A stretch of 64,000 nt of DNA from Gammaproteobacteria bacterium (GTDB lineage Bacteria; Pseudomonadota; Gammaproteobacteria; Steroidobacterales; Rariloculaceae). The stretch is taken from assembly GCA_035644475.1 (NCBI GenBank), contig DASQOL010000004.1:1288-65287 (forward strand). Reading direction: 5' to 3'. Positions within the stretch are counted from its first letter, which is position 1; the number at the start of each line of letters is the position of its first letter. Positions 8,351 to 17,352 of this stretch are shown here, one piece after another. The position numbers and the translations under genes were made by a program. The notes beneath the pieces were generated by a model. It searched no databases, was not told the origin of the DNA, and was given only the letters and a program-made list of their open reading frames with translations.

Positions 8351-9406
8351 ATGACGGACGGAACCGACCGGGCCGAGGCCAAGGCCAAACAGGCCGCGAT
8401 TCACGAGAAGTACGCGTTCTGGATGGACGTGAGCGGCAAGCTCGCGCTGCCGCTCGTCACGGCCATCGTCGCGCTGGCGGGCACGTACCTCACCACCAAG
8501 ATCAACGAGCAGAACAACGTCCGCGAGACCATCAACCAGCGCGAGCAGGCGGAGTCCGCGCTGCGCACGCAGATGTTCCGCGAGCTGGTGAGCCCGGTGG
8601 TCGGCGACTTGGGCGCGAGCGCGACGGCCGACGACAATCGTCCGGAGCGGCTCGCGCTGCTCGCCGAGATGCTCGCGCTCAACTTCCACGAGCACTTCGA
8701 GCTCGGGCCGCTGATGCTCTACGTGGACGAGCTGCCCGGTCAGACGACGCTCAACCGCAACCGCATGCGCTCGGTCGCACGGCGGGTGATCTCGCGGCAG
8801 CTCGCGGTGCTCGGCCCGGCCGCGGCCACGGCCGCGACCGCAACGTGCGGCAAGGAGTCGAGCGACGTCGACATCTGGCTCACGTCCGACGCGTCGGAGC
8901 CGGCCGACAAGCCGCAGGCGTGCCAGATCGCGGGCGAGCCCGACGGCAAGAGCGCGTACTTCGAGTGCAGCAGCGTCGACCGCGCGTCCGAGGTGCTGGC
9001 GCCGTTCACCGTGTCTTCGAAGGACTGCAGGGACCGGCTCACGATTCTGCTCGCCGATCTCGACTGGGCGAACAACAGCGTGCGCGTGGTCGCGACCAGC
9101 ACGCCGCCGTCGGCGCAGAGCACGGCGGGAGCGCAAGCCGACGCGAACACGATCCCCGAGTTCGTCGAGTTCACGCTGTCGCCGTACGCAATGCCGTTCT
9201 CCGACAACACGCTGCTGCGCAGCGGCAACCGGTTCGGGCTCTACGTGCGGCAGATCGAGCCGAGCCGCGAGCCGTGCACGCCGCCCGCCTGCGATCCGAC
9301 GACGCGCCTGATGCGGCTGTCGCTGATCTGGTTCCCGCGCGACTTCATTCCGCCGCGCGAGCGCCCCACCGACTTCGAAGAGATCCGCAAGTCCCTCAAG
9401 CTCTGA
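8351..9406 (+). CDS. Membrane-anchored Cys-rich protein, unknown function (351 aa)
   Basis: One N-terminal TM (LALPLVTAIVALAGTYLTT), then a large domain with 7 Cys by my reading. GC3-rich coding signal. I recognise no family. Confidence 0.6.
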   Translation: MTDGTDRAEAKAKQAAIHEKYAFWMDVSGKLALPLVTAIVALAGTYLTTKINEQNNVRETINQREQAESALRTQMFRELVSPVVGDLGASATADDNRPERLALLAEMLALNFHEHFELGPLMLYVDELPGQTTLNRNRMRSVARRVISRQLAVLGPAAATAATATCGKESSDVDIWLTSDASEPADKPQACQIAGEPDGKSAYFECSSVDRASEVLAPFTVSSKDCRDRLTILLADLDWANNSVRVVATSTPPSAQSTAGAQADANTIPEFVEFTLSPYAMPFSDNTLLRSGNRFGLYVRQIEPSREPCTPPACDPTTRLMRLSLIWFPRDFIPPRERPTDFEEIRKSLKL

Positions 9407-9434
9407 AAATAGGGACAGGTTACTTTTTCGCGCG
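9405..9434. repeat. Half copy (single arm) of the AT-armed hairpin repeat family
   Basis: GAAAATAGGGACAGGTTACTTTTTCGCGCG matches the family arm GAAAATAGGGACATGTTGCATTTTCG. It is wedged between the TGA of the + gene (9404-9406) and the stop of the - gene (9435-9437). Confidence 0.55.
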
Positions 9435-10256
9435 TTAGCGGCAGAAGGTCTGGTTCAGCGTCGCCGCGAGACGCTCGCCGGCGCGCGCGAGACGCTCCGC
9501 GGTGACGCGCTGCGCCGCGGCGACGTACTCGGCATCGAGCACGATCGGCGGCGGCGACTCGCGCAACGCGTACACGGCTCCGCGCAACGCGAGGCTCTCG
9601 GCGGCCCACGCGGCGGGGTCGACATCGCGCGCCGCCTCGTCCACGGACCGCAGGCTCGGCGCGAGCCGTCGCGCGTAACGTTGCGCCGAGAGGCCCGCGA
9701 GATCGATGACGTCCGTATCCCAGAAGCGATGCAGGTTGACGACCGTGTCGCCGTAGCGGACGTCGATCGTGTTGCCGCCCCGGTCCTCCGCTCGGCCCAC
9801 ATGCAGCGGCTGATGCACGTCCACGACAAAGTGCACGAGGAAACGCAGCGCGTCGAGCCGCCGGGCCGCGGGCAGGTCCCGGTTCGCGAGATCGCGCCGG
9901 AAGCGCTCGATCGCTTCGAGCACGTCGCCCTCGGGCGGGTGACGAAATGCCGCGATGCTCGCCCGCGCGGCCGCGAGATCGCCCGCACGCGCGGCGTCGG
10001 CCACGTTCATGAAATGCCACGGCGCGGACTGCCGCCATTCGGGCATGCTCCGCACCGCGTCGGCCCAAACACCGAGCTCCGCGAGCGATTCGCCGCCGCC
10101 GAGCGCCGCCACCTCGGCGCTCGCGCCGGCGCAGAGCCGCGGCCCGGCAAGCAGCCCGGCGATCCGGTGGCCGTCGGGCCCGAATGCACCCGCCCGCGGC
10201 GCCGCAACGACGGCGGCCACGGCGAAGAACCAGAGAAGAAACCCTCGCTTGCTCAC
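9435..10256 (-). CDS. S1/P1-type nuclease (exported)
   Basis: Signal peptide, then FGPDGHRIAG, WHF.N, HFVVDVHQPLH, GGN and NLHRFWD. These are the zinc-ligand motifs of the S1/P1 nuclease family. Confidence 0.85.
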   Translation of the reverse strand: MSKRGFLLWFFAVAAVVAAPRAGAFGPDGHRIAGLLAGPRLCAGASAEVAALGGGESLAELGVWADAVRSMPEWRQSAPWHFMNVADAARAGDLAAARASIAAFRHPPEGDVLEAIERFRRDLANRDLPAARRLDALRFLVHFVVDVHQPLHVGRAEDRGGNTIDVRYGDTVVNLHRFWDTDVIDLAGLSAQRYARRLAPSLRSVDEAARDVDPAAWAAESLALRGAVYALRESPPPIVLDAEYVAAAQRVTAERLARAGERLAATLNQTFCR

Positions 10257-10364
10257 GACGACGCCCGGGCACTGTAGAATCGCGCTCGACTATAGCCGAC
10301 GCTCGATCGCCGGCTCACGCCTCGAAGCCGCGATATTGTTCTTCTTTCTTTGGGGGATCATTAG

Positions 10365-11396
10365 ATGCTCGCGCACCGACACTCGCTCGCACTGCTCGCT
10401 CTGCTGCTCGCGCCGCTCACCGCACAGCTCGCACCGCTCACGCTCAAGGAGCAAGGCAGCTTCTTCGTCGGCGGCGAGAAGAAGACCGTGTCCACGCCGG
10501 CCAACAATTTGGTCCCGGCCCAGACGGGCGAGATCACGGTCAACCAGATGTACGTGCAGTACCAGATCCCGATGAACGGCGACCGGCACCTGCCCATCGT
10601 GATGGTTCACGGCTGCTGCCTGAGCAGCAAGACCTGGGAGACGACGCCCGACGGCCGCATGGGCTGGAGCGAGTACTTCGTGCGCAAGGACCGCTCGGTG
10701 TATCTCGCCGACCAGGTGTCGCGCGCGCGCTCGGGCTTCGACCCGACGGCGTTCACCGACGTGCGCACAGGCAAGACTCCGCCCGCGCAGATGCCGGGAA
10801 TCCTATCGGCGTCGCACGAGATCGGCTGGACCGTATTCCGCTTCGGCCCGAAGTACGGCGAGGTGTTCCCCGACGAGCAGTTCCCGATGCAAGCGATCGA
10901 CGAGTTCTACAAGCAGATGATCCCGGACCTGAACTCGACGCTGCCGCAGAACCCGAATCCCACCTGGACGCAGATGGCCGCGCTCGGCGTGAAACTCCGC
11001 GGCGCCGTGCTCATGGGCCACTCGGAGTCCGGCTTCTTTCCGGAGCAGGCCGCCCTCATCAATCCGAAAGGCATCAAGGGCGTCATCTCGATCGAGATGG
11101 GATGCGTCACGGATTTCGGCGCGCAGCAGCTCGCAACGCTCGCCAAGATCCCCACGCTCATCATGTTCGGCGACCACTTGGGCGACGTGAGCGGCGGCCC
11201 CGCGAACTGGGCGCAGTCGTTCGACACCTGCAAGACGTTCGTCGATCAGCTCAACAAGGCCGGCGGCAACGCCACGATGATGCATTTGCCCGCGCTCGGC
11301 ATCAAAGGCAACAGCCACATGCTGATGCAGGACAAGAACAGCGATAGGCTCGCCGACCTCGTCATCGACTGGATCGACAAGCACGTCGAAAAATAG
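10365..11396 (+). CDS. Exported alpha/beta-hydrolase (esterase-like)
   Basis: Signal peptide, a VMVHG oxyanion-type block, and a nucleophile elbow GHSESG. The stop TAG lies inside the downstream repeat arm. Confidence 0.8.
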   Translation: MLAHRHSLALLALLLAPLTAQLAPLTLKEQGSFFVGGEKKTVSTPANNLVPAQTGEITVNQMYVQYQIPMNGDRHLPIVMVHGCCLSSKTWETTPDGRMGWSEYFVRKDRSVYLADQVSRARSGFDPTAFTDVRTGKTPPAQMPGILSASHEIGWTVFRFGPKYGEVFPDEQFPMQAIDEFYKQMIPDLNSTLPQNPNPTWTQMAALGVKLRGAVLMGHSESGFFPEQAALINPKGIKGVISIEMGCVTDFGAQQLATLAKIPTLIMFGDHLGDVSGGPANWAQSFDTCKTFVDQLNKAGGNATMMHLPALGIKGNSHMLMQDKNSDRLADLVIDWIDKHVEK

Positions 11397-11493
11397 GGAC
11401 ATGTTGCATTTTTCGACGCCGCAGGCTCGGGGCCGGTGGCGCCTCATCGAAAATGCAACATGTCCCCATTTTTCGCTGTCCCCATTTTTCGCG
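11388..11493. repeat. AT-armed hairpin repeat, full copy plus 18-nt arm-end duplication
   Basis: Left arm CGAAAAATAGGGACATGTTGCATTTTTCG (11388-11415), GC-rich core, and right arm CGAAAATGCAACATGTCCCCATTTTTCG (11448-11475). This is followed by a duplicated CTGTCCCCATTTTTCGCG (11476-11493). Confidence 0.8.
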
Positions 11494-11508
11494 AGTCGGA
11501 GGGCAGTC

Positions 11509-12063
11509 TTGGTAGCGACCTCTTCCACGCACCGCGAGCTCGGCATCTCCGCGCCGAATTTCGCGCTGCCGGACTACGCCGGCCGCATCGTCGCGCTCGG
11601 CGACTTCCCCGGCGCGCGCGGGCTGCTCGTGGTGTTCTGGAGCAACCACTGCCCGTACGTGAAGTACATCAAGCGCGCGTTCGCCGAGTTCGCGCGCGAG
11701 TACCAGGAGAAAGGCCTCGCGATCGTCGCGATCAACGCCAACGACGCCGACGCCTATCCCGACGACAGCCCCGCGCAGATGCAGGCCGACGCCGAGGAGT
11801 TCGGCTTCACGTTCGACTATTTGATCGACGAGACGCAGAACGTGGCGCGCGCATTCGACGCCGTCTGCACGCCCGACTTCTTCCTGTTCGACCGCGGCCG
11901 CCGACTCGCCTATCACGGCCAGTTCGACGCGAGCCGCCCGCGCAACAGCGAGCCGATCACCGGCGCCGACCTGCGCGCGGCGGCCGACGCGGTGCTCGCG
12001 GGCAAGCCCCCGCCGCCGCAGCAGACGCCGAGCATCGGCTGCAACATCAAGTGGCGTAGCTGA
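11509..12063 (+). CDS. Thioredoxin-fold protein (redoxin/TlpA-AhpC-like)
   Basis: Sequence LLVVFWSNHCPYVKY...AIVAINAND...PDFFLFD is a typical redoxin-family layout. I chose the TTG start at 11509, preceded by GGAGGG at a 6-nt spacing. The track start at 11401 lies inside the repeat. Confidence 0.75.
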   Translation: MVATSSTHRELGISAPNFALPDYAGRIVALGDFPGARGLLVVFWSNHCPYVKYIKRAFAEFAREYQEKGLAIVAINANDADAYPDDSPAQMQADAEEFGFTFDYLIDETQNVARAFDAVCTPDFFLFDRGRRLAYHGQFDASRPRNSEPITGADLRAAADAVLAGKPPPPQQTPSIGCNIKWRS

Positions 12064-12075
12064 CTCGAGCTTCGT

Positions 12076-12705
12076 TCAGCGCCGGCGACCGCCGACCTCG
12101 GCGCCGAGCGCGGCGCGGTAGTCGCGAATCGCGCGGCTCGCGGACGGCCTGTCGAGAAAGGCCACGAGCTGCTCGAGGTCGATGCCGGGCAGCGCCTCGC
12201 TCGACGCCACCGCGTCGTAGCCTCCGCGGCGCCGCACGTAGACGCGAATCCGGCCGTCCTCCCAGAACCACACTTCGCCGACGCCGAGCTTGCGGTACAC
12301 GTCGAGCTTGTCGATACCGCCGGCGGTCCAGATCACGTCGATCATGAGATCCGGACTCCGCTTGCGCTTCGGCTCGGGGCCGAAGATGTAGCATTCGTCG
12401 GCCTCGGCTCCGCGCTCTTCGCGCTTGTTCTTGAGCGTCCACGAGCCGTACGGAGTGAAGTCGACGCCGCGCTCCAAGCACCACGCTTCCACCAGACGAC
12501 CGATATAGGACTTGATCTCGTCGTGCGTTCGCGAAGGGCTCATGATCTCGAGCGTTCCTTCGAGGTACGTGATCCGGGGCGCAGATCGTTCTCCTCGGAT
12601 CTCGAGCAGCCGCAAATAGTCGGCCCACGTGACGCCGTAGAGGTGCACGTAGTGGTCCTCGTGGGGTTCCTCCCCCCGGTCCATGAGCTCGGCTCGCGCG
12701 ATCAT
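12076..12705 (-). CDS. Uma2-family endonuclease-like protein
   Basis: Sequence APRITYLEGTLEIMSPSRTHDEIK...EADECYIF...PDLMIDVIWTAG...KLDVYRKLGVGEVWFW is the Uma2/DUF820 pattern. I chose the ATG at 12705; the track start at 12861 is an Arg-rich extension. Confidence 0.8.
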   Translation of the reverse strand: MIARAELMDRGEEPHEDHYVHLYGVTWADYLRLLEIRGERSAPRITYLEGTLEIMSPSRTHDEIKSYIGRLVEAWCLERGVDFTPYGSWTLKNKREERGAEADECYIFGPEPKRKRSPDLMIDVIWTAGGIDKLDVYRKLGVGEVWFWEDGRIRVYVRRRGGYDAVASSEALPGIDLEQLVAFLDRPSASRAIRDYRAALGAEVGGRRR

Positions 12706-12943
12706 GGGGGGTAGTATAGTCCGGCGTCGTGCTGCGTCGGGCACGGCTCGAAAGCGGACGAAACGCGTATTTTCGCGTTGCGCCGAGAGCGCTAGCGCAG
12801 ATCCTCGAGCTATTGCTGCTCGAGTTCGCCCGGCCGGTGGTGATCGCAAACGTCGTGGCACGCGGGCGCGGCCGTCGGCGTCAACGTGCTACGCGCGGCC
12901 GCCGTGCGGCCGACCGAAGCGCTGCGGCACGAATGACGCGCGC

Positions 12944-13783
12944 TCAGCGCGCGTCCGCCACGGAGTTACTCACCGGATGCGTCGGCGCCTTGTTCCGCGC
13001 CTGCTCGTAGAACGGCATCATCTTCGGCGCCAGCGCGGCGAGCGTCTGCTGGCGGTTGCCGGGGGCCGGGTGCGTGCTCAGGAACTGCGGCGGCCCGCCG
13101 CCCCCGACTTTCTCCATCTTCTGCCATAGCGAGATTGCGGCGTTCGGGTTGTAGCCGGCTTTCGCCGCGAGCTCGATGCCGATGCGATCGGCCTCCGACT
13201 CCGCGGCGCGGCTGTTCGGCAGCTGGATGGCGACCTGCGCCGCGAGCGCCACGGCGCCGAGGGCCGCGCCGTCGTTGTCCTTCGACAAGGCGCCGACCAC
13301 CGCGAGGCCCGCGCTGGTGGCGAGCGCCACCGACATGCGCTCGGCCGTGTGGTTCGCGAGCGCGTGGCTGATCTCGTGGCCGAGCACCTGCGCGAGCTCG
13401 TCGTCGCTGGGGTCGATCTTCTGCAGCAGGCCCGTGTAGACGGCCATGCGTCCGCCGGCCATGCACCACGCGTTCACGGTCTCGGGGTCGTCGATGACCT
13501 GCACGCTCCATTCCCAATTGGCCGTGTCGGGCCGGAACGCGATCGCCTGCGCGACCAGGCGCTCGGTGATCGCGTCGACGCGGCGCGTGACGCGCGCATC
13601 GGTCACGAGCTTCCCTTCCTTGCGCAGATCGCCCATCTGCGTCGCGTACGCCTCCTTGGACGCGGCGATCGCGTCGTTCTCGGAGACCAACGCGAGCGTG
13701 TGCCGCCCGGTGGGGCTCGTGGCGCAGGCGCCGAGCGCGACGAGGATCAACGCCGTCGCGCCGAATCGGGTCTTCGATCTCAT
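12944..13783 (-). CDS. M48-family zinc metallopeptidase lipoprotein
   Basis: Lipoprotein signal LILVALGAC, HEISHALANH (HExxH), and a downstream ESEAD glutamate motif. The ATG at 13783 follows GAGGTGAGG. The track ORF (to 14242) over-extends. Confidence 0.85.
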   Translation of the reverse strand: MRSKTRFGATALILVALGACATSPTGRHTLALVSENDAIAASKEAYATQMGDLRKEGKLVTDARVTRRVDAITERLVAQAIAFRPDTANWEWSVQVIDDPETVNAWCMAGGRMAVYTGLLQKIDPSDDELAQVLGHEISHALANHTAERMSVALATSAGLAVVGALSKDNDGAALGAVALAAQVAIQLPNSRAAESEADRIGIELAAKAGYNPNAAISLWQKMEKVGGGGPPQFLSTHPAPGNRQQTLAALAPKMMPFYEQARNKAPTHPVSNSVADAR

Positions 13784-13860
13784 CGCCTCACCTCGCTGAA
13801 TCACCCGCGATCGAGTTGCAAGCCGCAAGAGTGATGCCAAGAGCTCCCGGAAGGACGCCC

Positions 13861-14268
13861 TCAAGGGGCCACGTCGCACTTGGATTCCCCGTAGGGGCCC
13901 GTGGGCTTGCACGAGTCCTTGAGCCCTATGATGCTCGCGCCGAGCGCCGCACCGATCACCATGGCGACGGTCTTGCCCGGCGCGCTCTTGCGGTGCTCGA
14001 CCGCGGTGATGTCGGCCACGCGCACCGGTACAGTCTCGCCGCCCGCTGTCTTGCCGTGCAGCACGCCGTCCTCGATCGACACGACCTCGAGCTCGGCGCT
14101 CGCGCTCGCCGCCGTGGTCACGCGCACCGTCTCGCCGGCATGCACGAGCGCAGGCAACGCGGCCAGGTCGGAGCCCTTGACGATTTGCCGCGTGGTGCAA
14201 CCCGCGGCCGCGACGAGCGCAATCACGACGCACGAGCAGCACTTGAGACTCGCCGTGAAGGCAGACAT
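13861..14268 (-). CDS. Small lipoprotein, unknown function
   Basis: Signal/lipobox VIALVAAAGC, and a C-terminal Gly/Ala-rich hydrophobic stretch (TVAMVIGAALGASIIGL). It sits between the two M48 paralogs. Confidence 0.6.
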   Translation of the reverse strand: MSAFTASLKCCSCVVIALVAAAGCTTRQIVKGSDLAALPALVHAGETVRVTTAASASAELEVVSIEDGVLHGKTAGGETVPVRVADITAVEHRKSAPGKTVAMVIGAALGASIIGLKDSCKPTGPYGESKCDVAP

Positions 14269-14379
14269 CCGGTTCCCCCGCGTTCCGATCGGAACGTGCG
14301 GGATGCTACGTCGCACGGACGGGTGGCGCAACGCGCGCGGGTGCGGCTACGGCTCGCGGCCGGCGACGGCGGCGCGGGA

Positions 14380-15210
14380 TCAGCGCGGGATGTCGACGGC
14401 TTGGATCGGGAACGTCGGCGGGGTGCCGGCCTTGGCCTGCTCGTAGAACGGCCGCATCTTCGGCCCGAGCTCGGCGAGCTTCTGCTGGCGGTTCGCTGGG
14501 CTAGGGTGGGTGCTCAGGAACTGCGGCGGACCCGCGCCCGAAACTTGCTCCATCTTTTGCCAAAGGCTGATCGCCGCGGCCGGATCGTAGCCCGCCTTCG
14601 CGGCGAGCTCGATGCCGATCTGATCCGCCTCCGATTCCGACGTGCGGCTGTTCGGCAGCTGAACGGCGTATTGTGCCGCGAGCGCCGTGGCGCTCATCGT
14701 CGCCACCGAGTTCTTCGAGAATAGCCCAGCCGCGGCGACGCCCAAGTTGGTCGCCATCGCGACCGACATGCGCTCGGCCGTGTGATTGGCCAGCGCGTGG
14801 CCGATCTCATGGCCCATGACCTGCGCGAGCTCGTCGTCGCTGGGCATGATCTTCTCGAGCAGGCCCGTGTACACGGCCATGCGGCCGCCGGCCATGCACC
14901 ACGCGTTCACGGTCTCGGGATCGTCGATGACCTCGACGCTCCATTCCCACATCTGCGTCTCGGGCCGGACCGTGATCGCCTGCGCGACGAGCCGGCTCGT
15001 GATCCGGTCGACACGGCCCGTGATCGCGGCGTTCGACACGAGCTTGCCGGACTTGCCGAGATCGTTCATCTGGGTGAGATACGCCTCTTTCGACGCGGAG
15101 ATCGCGCTCTCCTCCGAGACGAGTGACAGCTGCCGCCGGCCGGTCGGGCTCGTGGCGCACGCCGCCAGCGCCGCAGCGAGCACCAGCAACCCGATCGTTC
15201 GGGTGTTCAT
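14380..15210 (-). CDS. M48-family zinc metallopeptidase lipoprotein (paralog)
   Basis: Lipobox LAAALAAC, HEIGHALANH, ESEAD. It is collinear with, and highly similar to, 12944-13783 at both protein and DNA level. Confidence 0.85.
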   Translation of the reverse strand: MNTRTIGLLVLAAALAACATSPTGRRQLSLVSEESAISASKEAYLTQMNDLGKSGKLVSNAAITGRVDRITSRLVAQAITVRPETQMWEWSVEVIDDPETVNAWCMAGGRMAVYTGLLEKIMPSDDELAQVMGHEIGHALANHTAERMSVAMATNLGVAAAGLFSKNSVATMSATALAAQYAVQLPNSRTSESEADQIGIELAAKAGYDPAAAISLWQKMEQVSGAGPPQFLSTHPSPANRQQKLAELGPKMRPFYEQAKAGTPPTFPIQAVDIPR

Positions 15211-15344
15211 CGAACGGCTCCTATGCGTGCGCGACGCCGGTCTTGTGACACGCGGGCTGTTGCGACCGATATGGGACCACGGCCTCATGGCCCCCACCGC
15301 CGGGCCGCGGTAGGTTCGACAGGCCTGCGGCCGCGCCGCAGCGG

Positions 15345-16664
15345 CTAGAGCTTACGCAACGCAGCGCCCGCCTCGGCCCGCGGCGCGAGCGGCGTTCGCG
15401 CGGCGCGCAGCACCTGCTCCATGTGCCCGAGCGTGCGCGCGAGCGCGCCGCGGTTGTCGGTGACCAGCGTCTGCGCGGCCGCGCCGGCCGCGCGGCGCAG
15501 GTCCGGCTGCTCGTAGTAGAGCGCCACGGCCGCGGCGAGCTCCTCCACGTCGTGCACCTGCCGCGCCGCGCCGCGCTCGATCGCCATCGCGGCGACCTCC
15601 TCGAAGTGAAACATGTGCGGCCCGAAGATCACGGGCACCGCCACGGCGCACGGCTCGAGCACGTTCTGGCCGCCTTTGGGCACGAGGCTGCCGCCGACGA
15701 ACGCGACGTCCGCGGCGGCGTAAAGACGTTGCAGCTCGCCCATCGTGTCGCCGACGAGCACGGCCGTGCCGTCGGGCAGCGACCCGGGCGTGCGGCCGCG
15801 CAGCGCGACGCACAGGCCCCTGCGGCGCACGGCGCGCGCGACGGCGGTGAACCGCTCCGGGTGACGCGGCACGAGCACGAGCAGCAGATCGGGCCAGCGC
15901 GCGCGCAAGATCGCGAACGCGTCGAGGACCTTGCGCTCCTCGCCCGCGTGCGTGCTTGCAGCGATCCATATCGGGCGGTCGCGGCCCCATGCCGCGCGCA
16001 GCGCGCGGCCCTCCTCGAGCAGCCGCGCCGGCAAGGCCACGTCGAACTTCAGATTGCCGGTGACCTTGATCGCGGATTCCCGCGCGCCGAGGTTGCGCAG
16101 CCGCTGCGCGTCGGTGCGCGTCTGCGCGCACAGCAGGTCGGCCTGCAACAACATCCGCCGCGCGATCTTCGGCACCCGCAGATAGCCGCGCAGCGACGCT
16201 TGCGAGACGCGCCCATTCACGAGCAGCAGCGGGATGTACCGCCGGGCGCACTCCGCGAACAGGTTCGGCCAGAACTCGGTCTCGGCGATCACCGCGACTT
16301 CCGGATGCACGCGATCGAGGAAGCGCCGCACGGCGTCGGGGAAGTCGTACGGCACGTAGCAGTGGCTCACGCGCTCGCCGAACAGATCGCGCACTTGGTC
16401 GGAGCCCGTCGGCGTCATCGTCGTCACGACGAGGCGATGCTGCGGATACCGCGCGGCGAGCGCTTCGATCAACGCCGCCGCGGAGCGCACCTCTCCCACC
16501 GACACCGCATGCACCCAGATCGAGCGGCGCCCACCGAGCGGCGCCACGAACCCGAAGCGCTCGGGCCACCGATGCCAGTACGCGGGATAGCGCAGCCCGC
16601 GCCAGACGAGGTTCGCGAGCGCGTACGGAAAGAGCAAGTAGACGGCGACGGACCAGAACGTCAC
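15345..16664 (-). CDS. waaA: 3-deoxy-D-manno-octulosonic acid (Kdo) transferase
   Basis: Sequence WVHAVSVGEVRSAAALIEAL...ETEFWPNL...LVNGRVS...GGSL.P.GGQN.LEP is the signature layout of WaaA/KdtA. The GTG start at 16664 overlaps the upstream stop (GTGA). The track ORF to 17138 is an over-extension. Confidence 0.85.
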   Translation of the reverse strand: MTFWSVAVYLLFPYALANLVWRGLRYPAYWHRWPERFGFVAPLGGRRSIWVHAVSVGEVRSAAALIEALAARYPQHRLVVTTMTPTGSDQVRDLFGERVSHCYVPYDFPDAVRRFLDRVHPEVAVIAETEFWPNLFAECARRYIPLLLVNGRVSQASLRGYLRVPKIARRMLLQADLLCAQTRTDAQRLRNLGARESAIKVTGNLKFDVALPARLLEEGRALRAAWGRDRPIWIAASTHAGEERKVLDAFAILRARWPDLLLVLVPRHPERFTAVARAVRRRGLCVALRGRTPGSLPDGTAVLVGDTMGELQRLYAAADVAFVGGSLVPKGGQNVLEPCAVAVPVIFGPHMFHFEEVAAMAIERGAARQVHDVEELAAAVALYYEQPDLRRAAGAAAQTLVTDNRGALARTLGHMEQVLRAARTPLAPRAEAGAALRKL

Positions 16665-17350
16665 GGCGTCTGAGGCACGATCTCGGTGGGGACGGCTTGG
16701 CGGGCGGCGAAGTAACGCGCGTACTCCGCGTCCCACGCCACGCGCGACGCGACTACGGCGTCGAACGCGCCGAGCAGGCCGAGCACGAGCTCGCACACCT
16801 CGCGCACGGCGTGCGCGCTCGCAGAGTGACCGGTGATGTAGTCGCAGAGATTCTGGCGCGTCACGTAGTCGTGCAGCAGCGGGCTCGCCGTGCGCCGCAC
16901 CAGCACGCGCACGCCGCAGGCGAATGCCATGCCGAGGTCGTTGACGTCGTCGAAGATGCAGAGCAGCTGCTCGCTCGACAGGCGCTGGCTCGCGCAAAAC
17001 GCCTCGATCGCGGCCGTCTTGTTCCGAGCGCCGTGGTACACGGCGTGGAAGTGCTCGCGGCGCGCGAACTCGCGCGCCGACGGATTGTCGGCGCCGGTGA
17101 TCAGCGCCGCCACGGGCAGCGTGCCGTGCGCGCGCCACAGCGCGTAGCGCAGGAGATTGGTGCCCATCGAATCGGGCTCGTTGTAGGTGCTCGCGGACCC
17201 GTCGCCCTTCGCGCCGTCGTTGAACACGCCGTCCCAGTCGGAGACGAGGCCGCGGATCTCGCGGAGCCGCTCATGGAGCGTGCCGACCGGCGTCAGGAAC
17301 ACTCCGCCGAGCTTCGAGAACCGCGCCTCGATCTCGTGATCGAGCGACAT
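16661..17350 (-). CDS. HAD-superfamily phosphatase, KdsC-like (Kdo-8-phosphate phosphatase-like, long form)
   Basis: HAD motif I (LVSDWDGVFNDG), ITGADN...AVYHGARNK...FDDVNDLGM, collinear with KdsC motifs. It is longer than the classical KdsC and sits in the Kdo operon. Confidence 0.65.
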   Translation of the reverse strand: MSLDHEIEARFSKLGGVFLTPVGTLHERLREIRGLVSDWDGVFNDGAKGDGSASTYNEPDSMGTNLLRYALWRAHGTLPVAALITGADNPSAREFARREHFHAVYHGARNKTAAIEAFCASQRLSSEQLLCIFDDVNDLGMAFACGVRVLVRRTASPLLHDYVTRQNLCDYITGHSASAHAVREVCELVLGLLGAFDAVVASRVAWDAEYARYFAARQAVPTEIVPQTP

Positions 17351-17352
17351 GC

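Noticed and set aside
15345-17138. 5' over-extended track ORFs, such as 15345-17138, 16661-17947, 17353-18546, 12944-14242, 14380-15297, 48435-50201, 55586-56983, 35995-37134 and 61593-63473.
   Set aside because: The conserved protein begins at an internal start with an RBS or with translational coupling to the upstream stop. The upstream extensions are Arg-rich and run across the neighbouring gene.
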